A stretch of 64,000 nucleotides of DNA from Basidiobolus meristosporus CBS 931.73 (lineage: Eukaryota > Fungi > Basidiobolomycota), in contig MCFE01000215.1 in assembly GCA_002104905.1 (NCBI GenBank), positions 62,472 through 126,471 on the forward strand. The letters are read 5' to 3'. This document shows positions 51,027 to 60,843 of this stretch, piece by piece (position 1 is the stretch's first letter; every line of letters starts with the position of its first letter). Below the pieces are notes generated by a model. That model saw only the letters and a program-made list of their open reading frames with translations, was not told the origin of the DNA and ran no database searches. A program made the translations under genes and the position numbers.

Positions 51027-52751
51027 ATGCCCAACATCCGATCCTCTTTCTTATCCCAAGGAACCGCCACCAATGAATCCGACCGGGATGCGTTCAAGCT
51101 ACGTGGCCTGATGCCTTCCGTGGTGGAGTCCATGGAGAAGCAAGTTGCTCGTGCCTTCGAGCAGCTTCGTAGCAAGCCCACCGACTTGGAAAAGTACATC
51201 TTCCTCGCCTGGATGAGAAACACCAACACCCGGCTCTTCTACAAGATGATCCTGAGCTCCCCTGCTGAGCTGATGCCACTCATCTACACCCCCACCGTGG
51301 GCGCTGCCTGTGTCAACTACTCTCACATCTATCCATTCCTCGCTCCCAATGGAACCTTTGACGGGCTGTTCATCTCCATCGATGACATCCCTGTCCTCGA
51401 CCAGATCCTTGAGAACTACAAGAGCGCCCTCCCCGACTCCTCCTTAACACCTGATATCTCGGTCATCACCGACGGATCCCGCATCCTCGGACTTGGCGAT
51501 CTCGGGGTTGGAGGCATGGGCATCCCAGTCGGGAAGTTGCAGCTGTACGTGGCGGCGGCAGGCCTCGATCCCAGAAGAACGCTTCCGATCTGCCTCGACT
51601 TCGGCACGAACAACCAGAAGAACCTGGACGACCCGCTCTACCTCGGACTGCGCAGAAAGAGGCCGGAGGGGGACGAGTTCCACAAGGCGGTCGACTCGGT
51701 CCTGGCCACGTTGAACAAGGCTTTCCCCAAGATGCTGATCCAGTTCGAGGACTTCTCCTCGGAGCACGCATTCGAGCTCCTCGAGCGTCACCGCAACCGC
51801 TACCTCAGCTTCAACGACGACATCCAGGGCACCGGGGCGGTCATCCTCGCCGGGTTCATCAATGCGGTGAGGGAGGTCGGGATCCCGGCCAAGCAGCATC
51901 GACTGCTCTTCTTCGGGGCCGGGTCGGCAGGGGTGGGGGTTGCCAAGCAGATCATGGACTACTTCGTGCTGGAGCACGGCATGACCGAGGAGGAGGCCAA
52001 GAAGCTCTTCTGGCTGAACGACTCGAAGGGCCTTGTGACCCAGGACAGAGGGGACAAGCTTGCCCAGCACAAGGTGTACTTCGCCAGAGACGACAACGAG
52101 GGCCGTCAACTCAAGGACCTGAAGGAGACGATCGAATACGTCAAGCCCACCGCCCTGATCGGCCTCAGCTCGCAGGGCGGGGTGTTCGACGCGGAGGTGT
52201 TGAAGCTCTTGGCGGACATCAACGAAAGACCAATCGTGTTCCCCCTCTCGAATCCCGCCACCCAAGCCGAATGCTCGTTTGAACAGGCCATGATCCACAC
52301 CAAGGGCAAGGTGCTCTTCGCATCAGGCACTGCCTTCCCAAGTTACATTGATGAGAACAAGAAGGAGCATGTCCCCGGCCAAGGCAACAACATGTACATC
52401 TTCCCAGGACTCGGCCTCGGAGCCATCCTCTCCAGACCCTCACGCATCACCGACACGATCATCTACGCCTCGGCCGCGGCACTGGCCGACTCGCTGACGG
52501 AGGACGAGCGAAAGTCACACCTTCTTTACCCCAGAATCGAGCGGATTCGGGAGGTTTCTGCGGTGGTAGCAGCCGCGGTGTGCCGCCAAGCAGTCAAGGA
52601 GAATCTCGCCACAGATACAGAAATCCTTTCCATTCTCCCAGTCAATGCGTCAACGGAAGTAGGCACACCAGTATGGGAAGAGCTGATCCAACATGTGAAG
52701 ATGAACATGTGGGAGCCGGTTTACGAATCGGAGATCGCCAGCAAGATGTAA
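51027..52751 (+). CDS. Malic enzyme, probably NADP+-dependent, cytosolic (574 aa)
   Basis: Same signature motifs. No upstream in-frame ATG before the TGA at 50964, so no presequence. Intronless. Confidence 0.95.
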   Translation: MPNIRSSFLSQGTATNESDRDAFKLRGLMPSVVESMEKQVARAFEQLRSKPTDLEKYIFLAWMRNTNTRLFYKMILSSPAELMPLIYTPTVGAACVNYSHIYPFLAPNGTFDGLFISIDDIPVLDQILENYKSALPDSSLTPDISVITDGSRILGLGDLGVGGMGIPVGKLQLYVAAAGLDPRRTLPICLDFGTNNQKNLDDPLYLGLRRKRPEGDEFHKAVDSVLATLNKAFPKMLIQFEDFSSEHAFELLERHRNRYLSFNDDIQGTGAVILAGFINAVREVGIPAKQHRLLFFGAGSAGVGVAKQIMDYFVLEHGMTEEEAKKLFWLNDSKGLVTQDRGDKLAQHKVYFARDDNEGRQLKDLKETIEYVKPTALIGLSSQGGVFDAEVLKLLADINERPIVFPLSNPATQAECSFEQAMIHTKGKVLFASGTAFPSYIDENKKEHVPGQGNNMYIFPGLGLGAILSRPSRITDTIIYASAAALADSLTEDERKSHLLYPRIERIREVSAVVAAAVCRQAVKENLATDTEILSILPVNASTEVGTPVWEELIQHVKMNMWEPVYESEIASKM

Positions 52752-53799
52752 GGCAACGCTTCTCGTGAATGGCCCCTTAGTCACCTGGAAACGACTCCTA
52801 GGACCTCGACAATACTACGTTAATTTCCCCAACCACTGTATTCCTAGCTGAAAACTTGGCCTTGTTCCTGTATATTGATGTCGATATCAATACTATCTCT
52901 TGATTCGGCATTCCATATGACCGGGCCATGTATTTGTGAATAAATCGAATTTAATTTTCCAACAAACCGCCAGGTATGTTGTGCCCAATGCGTGTCTCAG
53001 ATGGAACTTGACCACCCATACGATCCTATGATGCACTCCGTCCCAGGTCAGGATTCGTGTGGGGTGCAGAATGGTGATACTTCCCCTCGTTAATGATCAT
53101 TCAAGCCCGCATCCGGCCAGTTAGTTTCAAAAGCTGGTATGTCTGCTTACAATCCACCGTCATACGATGTCACATGGTGCGGATTGGCCTTCTTTGGGAC
53201 ATCCTAAGCATGACTACGTCAATAGGGTTCTCTAATCAGGTATGGTTTCCACGATCTACTGTTGAGAGTTGTGCAGCAACTTGGCGCCCCTCACATCGTG
53301 TGAACCAACCACATATTCAGCTGAAGCATGCGGTAATATTGCAGTTGGACTTTTGTTGCTGGTTAATGAGCGGGTGGAGTACTCAGTACTAAGTCAAATG
53401 CCCCTCCAATATGATGCTTCAAAAACAAGTGGGAAATGTTGACGCATCCTATAACAGAATTGAAGTACTTGGTGGTTGCTATAGTATGAGATTGATCTAC
53501 TGGAATCTCAAAATCGGATTCTTCTTATTACTTCAGTACCTTCAATGAGCTCTTGGGGGAGACTGATTTGTAGGCTGCTAGGATAAGTCAATTCCAATTA
53601 CCCTATGCGCTATATGTGCACCACAGCATACTTGTTTAAATATACAATGGAAAAATGGTACGAGTATAGATGTTTTATCAAACATTACAAAAGGCATGAA
53701 AAGTTGGAAATTGTCTGTAAAAATTGTACTTGGGAAACAAGTGTTGTTGAAATGGAATTGAGTATACTGGATTCTCTGATAACCTTAAAGAATAATATC

Positions 53800-55567
53800 A
53801 CCCTGTTGCAAGAGTTTTGGAGATATGAAAAGTGACTGGGAGAGCAAGCAGATTATGTGGCTTTCGCTTTATGGTTTGTTGAATATGGAAGTAGTATCTT
53901 TAAATTTGCATAATCCTGATATCAAAAACATAAAATTTGCCTGGGAAAGTGTCAAGAATTGCTGTGCAAAGATTGCAACTCTGTGGAAAACTTGAAGTAT
54001 TTCCACAAAATATCCAGTACCCAAACATGAAAAATTTCCCAGTAGCTCAAAATAAAATCTAATCAGGTATCTGGCCAGAGTTATGTAGAGATTTTAAGCT
54101 AAGATTTAAGTTGCCAACTTCACAGAATATCATGGGTAATTACCCTACCTACAATACTCCCGCTCAAATCAATACCATTCTAACTGTTGTAAGAGCTTTC
54201 AAGATACTGCTAGTGATTGGTAGAACAAATTGATTAGGTGGTTTTCACTCAATGATTTATTGAATGTAAAAGTGGTATTTATACTCTTGCATGATCTTGG
54301 CAAGAGAAGCACATAGAGTATGTCTTGAAAGGTCTTTAGGGCATGTGTGCCAAGTTTTGGGCAGTTTGGACTGTTTTGAGAATATGTATATACTGGGTAA
54401 CTGACTTTTTGGTGAAAATATGAGAAGAAATCCAGACAAGGAGCATGGTTGGTATTCTCTAAGATTTGTAGGTAATGATGTAAGTGACTAGTCAGGCAAA
54501 TACTTAGGTGGAATTACAGATTCCACAATACTCCCATGCAACTAAATATCCATATTAGTTAATCTTAATGTGATCTAAGATATTGAAGTTTGTCTCTAGC
54601 AAATGGTTTTATGAATATGTGTGCAATCATTTCATATGTAAGCAGTAAATCAAGCTGATTTATTTTCATAGCTTCATATATGAAATTGTATTAGATATAC
54701 ATGTGCTTAGTTCTTGCATGAAAAGTCAAATCTCTACCTAATCTTATACATTTTTGATTTTCTTGAAATGATGCAGTAGATGCTTTTTGACATGATCTAA
54801 AGTATGTAAAAGGCTTTCTTAGCAACATTACTTTTTTCTAGCTTCACAGGCTGCCACATACTCTGCCTCTGCAATGGAAAGCACTTTGACTGGCTGCTTT
54901 CTTGAATTCTATGATACTCATGCTTTGCAGTAAAGAAAGGTTTATCCCATGGTAGATCTTTTTTTTGAGTTTTTTCCCCAATAAGCATCAGGATATCCCA
55001 CAAGATCTTCTTCTGAATCATTTTAGGTGTACCTTAAGCCAATAACAACAGTTCCTCTTAGGTATCTAAAAGTTGGCTTAATGCTGCAATATGATCAGAT
55101 TCATATTTCTAATTATGCTGGCTGGCAACTCCCACAGGATAAGAGAAATCTGGACATGTTCCAAGCATATCTGATTCAGACTGCCAGGTATAAATTGGTA
55201 AGGGAACTCTGGGCCTTCAGAAGATACCCAGCTCTCTTGATTTGGCTGAATTTTGACCAAGCTAAGGTTTGTCTCCATTACAGTAGCTGCCAGTTTACAG
55301 TCTTTTATTTGGCACATCTTAAATATATCATTGATATACTTGCACCGGCTTAGGATGACAGCATGGGTACCTCTTTCTATGGAAAATGCTATCCATAGGC
55401 AGTATTTGAACTTCCCCAGATTGGATATTTTGAGCTGCTTAGATAGGCTGGATTTAGTCTCTATCAATGTTTATTAGTTATTGGTGCCTATATTGATATC
55501 CTTCACATAAGTATATAATAGTGCCAGATTTTCACCATCCAATGTATAGCATATACTATAGTCAGGC
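53800..55567 (-). mobile_element. Degenerate copia (LTR remnants, RNase H, part of RT), cut off at 55567
   Basis: Similar to copia B 2533-3930. The sequence stops after ATATACTATAGTCAG, where the telomeric array starts. Confidence 0.8.
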
Positions 55568-55676
55568 TTAGGGGAGGGAAAGTCCCCAAGGTAGGTGAAA
55601 TCTTTATTTGATTTCAGACAAGTCTAACTACAAATAAAGAAGCCAGCTGGGAAAAGTAGATTCCCAAAGTAAACAT
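55568..55676 (-). mobile_element. Telomeric array unit A: 109-bp 3' terminus of a retroelement
   Basis: TTAGGGG junction, degenerate hairpin, GGTGAAATCTTTATTT and AAAGAAGCCA motifs; closest to unit C. Confidence 0.75.
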
Positions 55677-56146
55677 TTAGGGTAGGGGGGGGGAGACAGT
55701 CACCAATAGGTGAAATCTTTATTTCAGTTGAAACAAAGAAGCCAGCGCTACTGTTGTAGCTTTGATACAAGAGTGTGTAGCTGAGGGGAATTTGTAGGTA
55801 AGTTAATAAGAAGTGATGATAGTTCTTCAGTGCTCAAGACACTGTTCAGTGGGAAGGGGGGTAGCAAGAGAGGTAAGAATGACTTGTGAACAACATTAAT
55901 GAGGGGAATGTGATAAGGATTGATATTCATCAGAAAGGGAGTGTGCTGCTGCAGATATTGCTGCCAAAGGTCTGTCAAGTACTTCAGGTAGGCCAGCTTG
56001 GGTTTTTCTGACTGCAGAATATAGTGGGCAAACTTCTTGACTTCAGGATCTCCAAGTATAGTTCTCCAGCAGGAGTCAGGTGTTGTATGGTGTGTTCTCT
56101 TCCAGGCCTTAATCAGTGGGTTGTTGCAGTTGTGAAGTCTGAGGTA
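55677..56146 (-). mobile_element. Unit B: 5'-truncated copy of LINE subfamily 1
   Basis: Only a handful of substitutions versus 59184-59649; encodes the ORF2 C-terminus. Confidence 0.92.
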
Positions 56147-57055
56147 GGGGAGGGAAAGTCACCGAGTTGGTGAAATCTTTATTTGAGTTAAGAACTAATC
56201 TAAGTACAAATAAAGAAGCCAATTCAGAGGTCTAGAACCTCTCTAATAAGTAATCTAATTTATGTTTTGTTTCATCTCTAATATTTTTTTTAATAAAGTA
56301 AAGCTCATTAGGGGTAAATATAAAATTCAGGGGTTTTGGGGGAAGTACAAATTGTAGATGTTTCTGATCAATATAATCCAAGACTGGAACCCAGCCTGGG
56401 ATTAGGTGCAGTAGGAAAGGTGTATGGACTTGTAAGTAGCTCTGCCACATAGATCTTAGATGGTCCTGAGCCAGTAGTCTTGGTTTCTCAGCTTTTTGAA
56501 GTTTTGAAGCAAGCTCTGTTACTACAGCAGAGCCAACCAGGGTGTGCCAGCAAGAAGATTTCAGGGAGGAGTTAGATTGAAGCCATTGTTTGATGGAGGG
56601 GTTATGTGATTTCTGAAGTTTGACTAGGAAGGAAGCACGGAGATAGATCATTCGGATTTGGTATGGGTAGAACCCAAAGGCTCCATTAGTTGCATGGATA
56701 TAGGGAGATACTGGAGATAAGGTACCAAGGATCTGATACACTGATGGAGAAATTTATCCAGGCGGTGAAGTTCTCTGGAGGTTAGGGGTATAATGTGGAG
56801 ACCAAATTGAAGTACTGGCAGCACATACTGCTTCAGAAGTATAGGGATCTTTTGAATTGGAGTGTCTGGAGTGACTACTACCGGAAGCTTTTTGAGAGCC
56901 TGTTGGGCAAGATGGATCCTATTATTCAGGTGGAGCTTGGAGTCAATCCCATGTTGACAAAACAGCAGACCTAGATATATTGCAGTTTGTTGTGGCAGAA
57001 TGCTAGTGTTCTGTATAGTTGTAGTGCATCCTATTGGGACTGTCTTGGAAATTGA
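56143..57055 (-). mobile_element. Unit C: 5'-truncated copy of diverged LINE subfamily 2
   Basis: IYLG...LKQYVLPVLQFG...LDKF, then after a frameshift near 56710 GAFGFYPYQIR...HTPF, colinear with ORF2; same 3' module. Confidence 0.88.
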
Positions 57056-57555
57056 GGGTAGGGGGGAGGAAAGTCACCAAGTGGTGAAATCTTTATTTAC
57101 TTATGACAAGTATCTAAAGAAGCCAAGTTAATCTGAAGTAATTCCTAGAAAGCTAGGTCTGAGAGTTGACAAGCTGAGTGGTACTATATTTCCTAGTTAG
57201 CTAGGTCTGAGAGAGGTTTCCTGGAAAGCCAGGCCTGAGAAGTGAGAATCTGAATATATCTGAGCTAAGTTATACTGGTTTGCGGTAGCTGGATTGTGGC
57301 CGGAATGGCCAGTAGACTGGGGGAGCTGAGATGAATTTCTGGGCGATCACTGGCCAAATTTACTAGGCAAATCTGGCCATTAGCATTTCAAGGATTTCAG
57401 CCAATCAGAGCCTTTACTTTGCCCGATGGTTGATCAAGCCATCTCCCAATGAGCACACATCAATTTATTAATCAAATTTTGCTGGATCCAGGATTTGAAC
57501 CCACAACCATGGGTATGGAAGGGTTAGGGATAACCACAAGGCTAAGTGTTCTTGG
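57056..57555 (-). mobile_element. SINE unit 1 (tRNA-derived head, LINE-type 3' module)
   Basis: A box TAGCCTTGTGG (57534-57544), B box GGTTCAAATCC (57491-57501), non-coding body with no T4 on the transcribed strand. Confidence 0.82.
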
Positions 57556-58004
57556 TTAGGGGGAGGAAAGTCACCAAGTGGTGAAATCTTTATTTACTTA
57601 TGACAAGTATCTAAAGAAGCCAAGTTAATCTGAAGTTATTCCTAGAAAGCTAGGTCTGAGAGATATCTTCCTGGTAAGCCAGGTCTGAGAGTTGAGAAGC
57701 TGATTGGTACTACATTTCCTAGTTAGCTAGGTCTGAGAGAGGTTTCCTGGAAAGCCAGGTCTGGGAAGTGAGAATCTGAATATATCTGAGCTAAGTTATA
57801 CTGGTTTGCGGTAGCTGAATTGTGGCCAGAATGGCCAGTAGACTGGGGGAACTGAGATGAATTTCTGGGCGATCACTGGCCAAATTTACTAGGCAAATCT
57901 AGCCAATTAGCATTTCAAGGATTTCAGCCAATCAGAGCCTTTACTTTGCCCGATGGTTGATCAAGCCATCTCCCAATGAGCACACATCAATTTATTAATC
58001 AAAT
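57556..58004 (-). mobile_element. SINE unit 2, lacking the tRNA head
   Basis: Near-identical body; ends at ATCAAAT and is followed by TTAGGGTTAGGG. Confidence 0.82.
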
Positions 58005-58538
58005 TTAGGGTTAGGGGGGAGGAAAGTCACCAAGTGGTGAAATCTTTATTTACTTATGACAAGTATTTAAAGAAGCCAAGTTAATCTGAAGTTATTCCTA
58101 GAAAGCTAGGTCTGAGATATATCTTCCTGGTAAGCCAGGTCTGAGAGTTGAGAAGCTGAGTGGTACTATATTTCCTAGTTAGCTAGGTCTGAGAGAGGTT
58201 TCCTGGAAAGCCAGGCCTGAGAAGTGAGAATCTGAATATATCTGAGCTAAGTTATACTGGTTTGCGGTAGCTGAATTGTGGCCGGAATGGCCAGTAGACT
58301 GGGGGAACTGAGATGAATTTCTGGGCGATCACTGGCCAAATTTACTAGGCAAATCTGGCCAATTAGCATTTCAAGGATTTCAGCCAATCAGAGCCTTTAC
58401 TTTGCCCGATGGTTGATCAAGCCATCTCCCAATGAGCACACATCAATTTATTGATCAAATTTTGCTGGATCCAGGATTTGAACCCACAACCATGGGTATG
58501 GAAGGGTTAGGGATAACCACAAGGCTAAGTGTTCTTGG
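58005..58538 (-). mobile_element. SINE unit 3, full length
   Basis: A box 58517-58527, B box 58474-58484, four hairpin modules, 3' module. Confidence 0.82.
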
Positions 58539-59183
58539 TTAGGGGGGATGATAATCACCACAGGGTGAAATCTTTATTTAAATTGTAAATAAAGAAGCCA
58601 AGTTTGAATATGAATATCTGAGATAAAATAAGCCTACAAGATAAACTTGGACTTTGCTGTATCCCAGATATCCTCAATATCAAAGTTTAGAGGAGAATGT
58701 AGCAAAACTGCTTGTTCACTGTAGTATTTCTTGAGGAAGTTTGTGACTTGAAGGGAAGGAGAGTTTTTCAACAAGCTGGTAAACCTTTTGAGGAGTTCTT
58801 TTTCCAGAGAGAATGGTACAAAGAGTGGAATGTCTAAATGATGTCTGAATATATGCTCTGAGAGCTCCCAATCCAGCATATTTTTGACTTCCTCTGTAAA
58901 ATCTTCCACAATATCTTTGTCAAGAATGACTTCCAAGAGATCCCTGGCAATGTACTGAATGTTAATAATCTTGGGCATATGAATACCTAGGTCCTTGAGG
59001 TAGTTTCTTTGTTCTGAAATTGGAAGATAGCCAGCATTTCTGAAATAGCAAACAGCCCAATTGGCAGTGGGAGGAGTATCAGGGCTGACAGGGAATCTTC
59101 TTCTGGCTTTAGGGTGCACTGGCTTAGGTGGCTGTCTTATTGGGAGAACAGTGGACTTTGGATGAGCTTGAAGTGCTTGGGAA
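58539..59183 (-). mobile_element. Gag-only retroelement, 5'-truncated
   Basis: ORF1 homologue stops at 58634 and is followed within ~90 nt by the shared 3' module and TTAGGGGGG. Confidence 0.8.
58634..59183 (-). CDS. ORF1/Gag-like protein C-terminal fragment
   Basis: W.V.Y...PIS..R..LK...I...I.N......LEVILD..I...F...V...L.W aligns with LINE ORF1 (25/69 identical by eye). Confidence 0.8.
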
Positions 59184-59250
59184 GGGTTAGGGGGGGAGAC
59201 AGTCACCAACAGGTGAAATCTTTATTTCAGTTGAAACAAAGAAGCCAGCG

Positions 59251-60843
59251 CTACTGTTGTAGCTTTGATACAAGAGTGTGTAGCTGAGGGGAATTTGTAG
59301 GTAAGTTAATAAGAAGTGATGATAGTTCTTCAGTGCTCAAGACACTGTTCAGTGGGAAGGGGGGTAGCAAGAGAGGTAAGAATGACTTGTGAACAACATT
59401 AATGAGGGGAATGTGATAAGGATTGATATTCATCATAAAGGGAGTGTGCTGCTGCAGATATTGCTGCCAAAGGTCTGTCAAGTACTTCAGGTAGGCCAGC
59501 TTGGGTTTTTCTGACTGCAGAATATAGTGAGCAAACTTCTTGACTTCAGGATCTCCAAGTATAGTTCTCCAGCAGGAGCCAGGTGTTGTGTGGTGTGTTC
59601 TCTTCCAGGCCTTAATCAGTGGGTTGTTGCAGTTGTGAAGTCTGAGGTATAATCTGGTTCTAAGGTAGAGAAGTCTGATCTTATAGGGCATAAACCCAAA
59701 AGCACCAAGAATAGCATGTCTGTAGGGGCATTCAGGCAAATGAGGCACCAAGGAGGTAATGCACCATACTGCAAACTTGTCAAGCTTAGTGCAGTCTCTA
59801 GAAGTAAGAGAGAGAAGTGGTAAGCCAAATTCCAGGACAGGGAAGACAAACTGCTTGAGTAGAAGGAGGCAGCTGGGAGCTGAAGTTGTAGGAGGAGTAA
59901 CAGCCAGTAGCTTGTGGAGTGCCTGTCTTGCTAGGATAATTCTCTTCTTCAGGTGTGCTCCAGAGTCTAGTCCAGTAGGCAGGAAAGGAAAGCCAAGATA
60001 TGTAGCAGAAACCTGAGCAGGTAGAGTGGAGTTCTCCAAGTTGATGGGAGAGCCCAAAGGTACTGTCTTTGCAATGGAAAGCTGGAGATTATTCTTCTGC
60101 AGATACTGGTGGATGGTCTGGGAGTCTTGTTGCACATTGGAGGAGGATATTCTGATGTCATCAGCAAAGAGAGTAACCAGGCAGTCAGCTGAGAGTCTTG
60201 GGAAATCATTCAGGAAGATGGCAAACAGTATAGGACCAAGCACAGAGCCTTGAACCACTCCATTAGGAACTGAGAACACAGCTGATTGCTCACTTGGGTG
60301 CAGAATTCTTGCTTGTGGATCCAGAAACAGAGACCTGACAAGGAGGGTGAGAGAGGTACTGGAGAAGCATTGCAACTTGGACCAAAGCAGATTTCTGTCA
60401 ACTGAATCAAAGGCCTTGGTAATATCAAACAGAACAGAGGGATACTTGCACTGGAGAGAGTGATCTTGGCTAAGTATGACTGCATATTCCAAGGAGAGGC
60501 CAGGAACAAAGCCAAACTGTGCAGGATGAAACTTGAGGGAGTCAGAGTAGAGCTCCTGAGCAAGCAGAAGCTCAAACACCTTTCTGCAGGTGGGCAGCAG
60601 AGATATTGGCCTGTAGGAGCTAGGATCCAGGTGCTTTCCTTTACCCTTGTACAGTGGCAGAACATTTGCAAAGGACCATTCCTCAGGAGTAGAAAGCTGG
60701 GCTGAGCATTGCTGAAACAGTGGAAGCAGAAGTGCAGACATGGCCTTGGTACTAGTCTTCAGAAGCTCATAAGAGATTGTGTCCACACCTGGAGCAGTAG
60801 AGTTGGGAAGCCTCTTGAGCACATTATGGATTCTCCTTTGATC
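59251..60843 (-). CDS. ORF2 reverse transcriptase part
   Basis: TAPGVD.I, YRPISLL, QFGF, DITKAFDSV, GVVQGSVLGPILF, LFADD, YLG. Frame open from 60966; no RNase H or CCHC seen. Confidence 0.93.
   Translation of the reverse strand, partial: DQRRIHNVLKRLPNSTAPGVDTISYELLKTSTKAMSALLLPLFQQCSAQLSTPEEWSFANVLPLYKGKGKHLDPSSYRPISLLPTCRKVFELLLAQELYSDSLKFHPAQFGFVPGLSLEYAVILSQDHSLQCKYPSVLFDITKAFDSVDRNLLWSKLQCFSSTSLTLLVRSLFLDPQARILHPSEQSAVFSVPNGVVQGSVLGPILFAIFLNDFPRLSADCLVTLFADDIRISSSNVQQDSQTIHQYLQKNNLQLSIAKTVPLGSPINLENSTLPAQVSATYLGFPFLPTGLDSGAHLKKRIILARQALHKLLAVTPPTTSAPSCLLLLKQFVFPVLEFGLPLLSLTSRDCTKLDKFAVWCITSLVPHLPECPYRHAILGAFGFMPYKIRLLYLRTRLYLRLHNCNNPLIKAWKRTHHTTPGSCWRTILGDPEVKKFAHYILQSEKPKLAYLKYLTDLWQQYLQQHTPFMMNINPYHIPLINVVHKSFLPLLLPPFPLNSVLSTEELSSLLINLPTNSPQLHTLVSKLQQ

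Noticed and set aside
56780-56788. GGTTAGGGG as a further array junction
   Set aside because: It lies within coding sequence (Ile-Pro-Leu-Thr) and is not followed by the 3' module.
57478-57555. Functional tRNA gene
   Set aside because: The acceptor and anticodon stems do not pair properly; only the promoter boxes are well kept.
57056-58538. CRISPR array or satellite DNA
   Set aside because: The units are ~500 bp with no unique spacers, and they carry Pol III boxes and LINE tails.
59184-59209. Start codon of the 191-aa ORF
   Set aside because: The first residues come from the neighbouring LINE hairpin and telomere junction; a chimeric reading.
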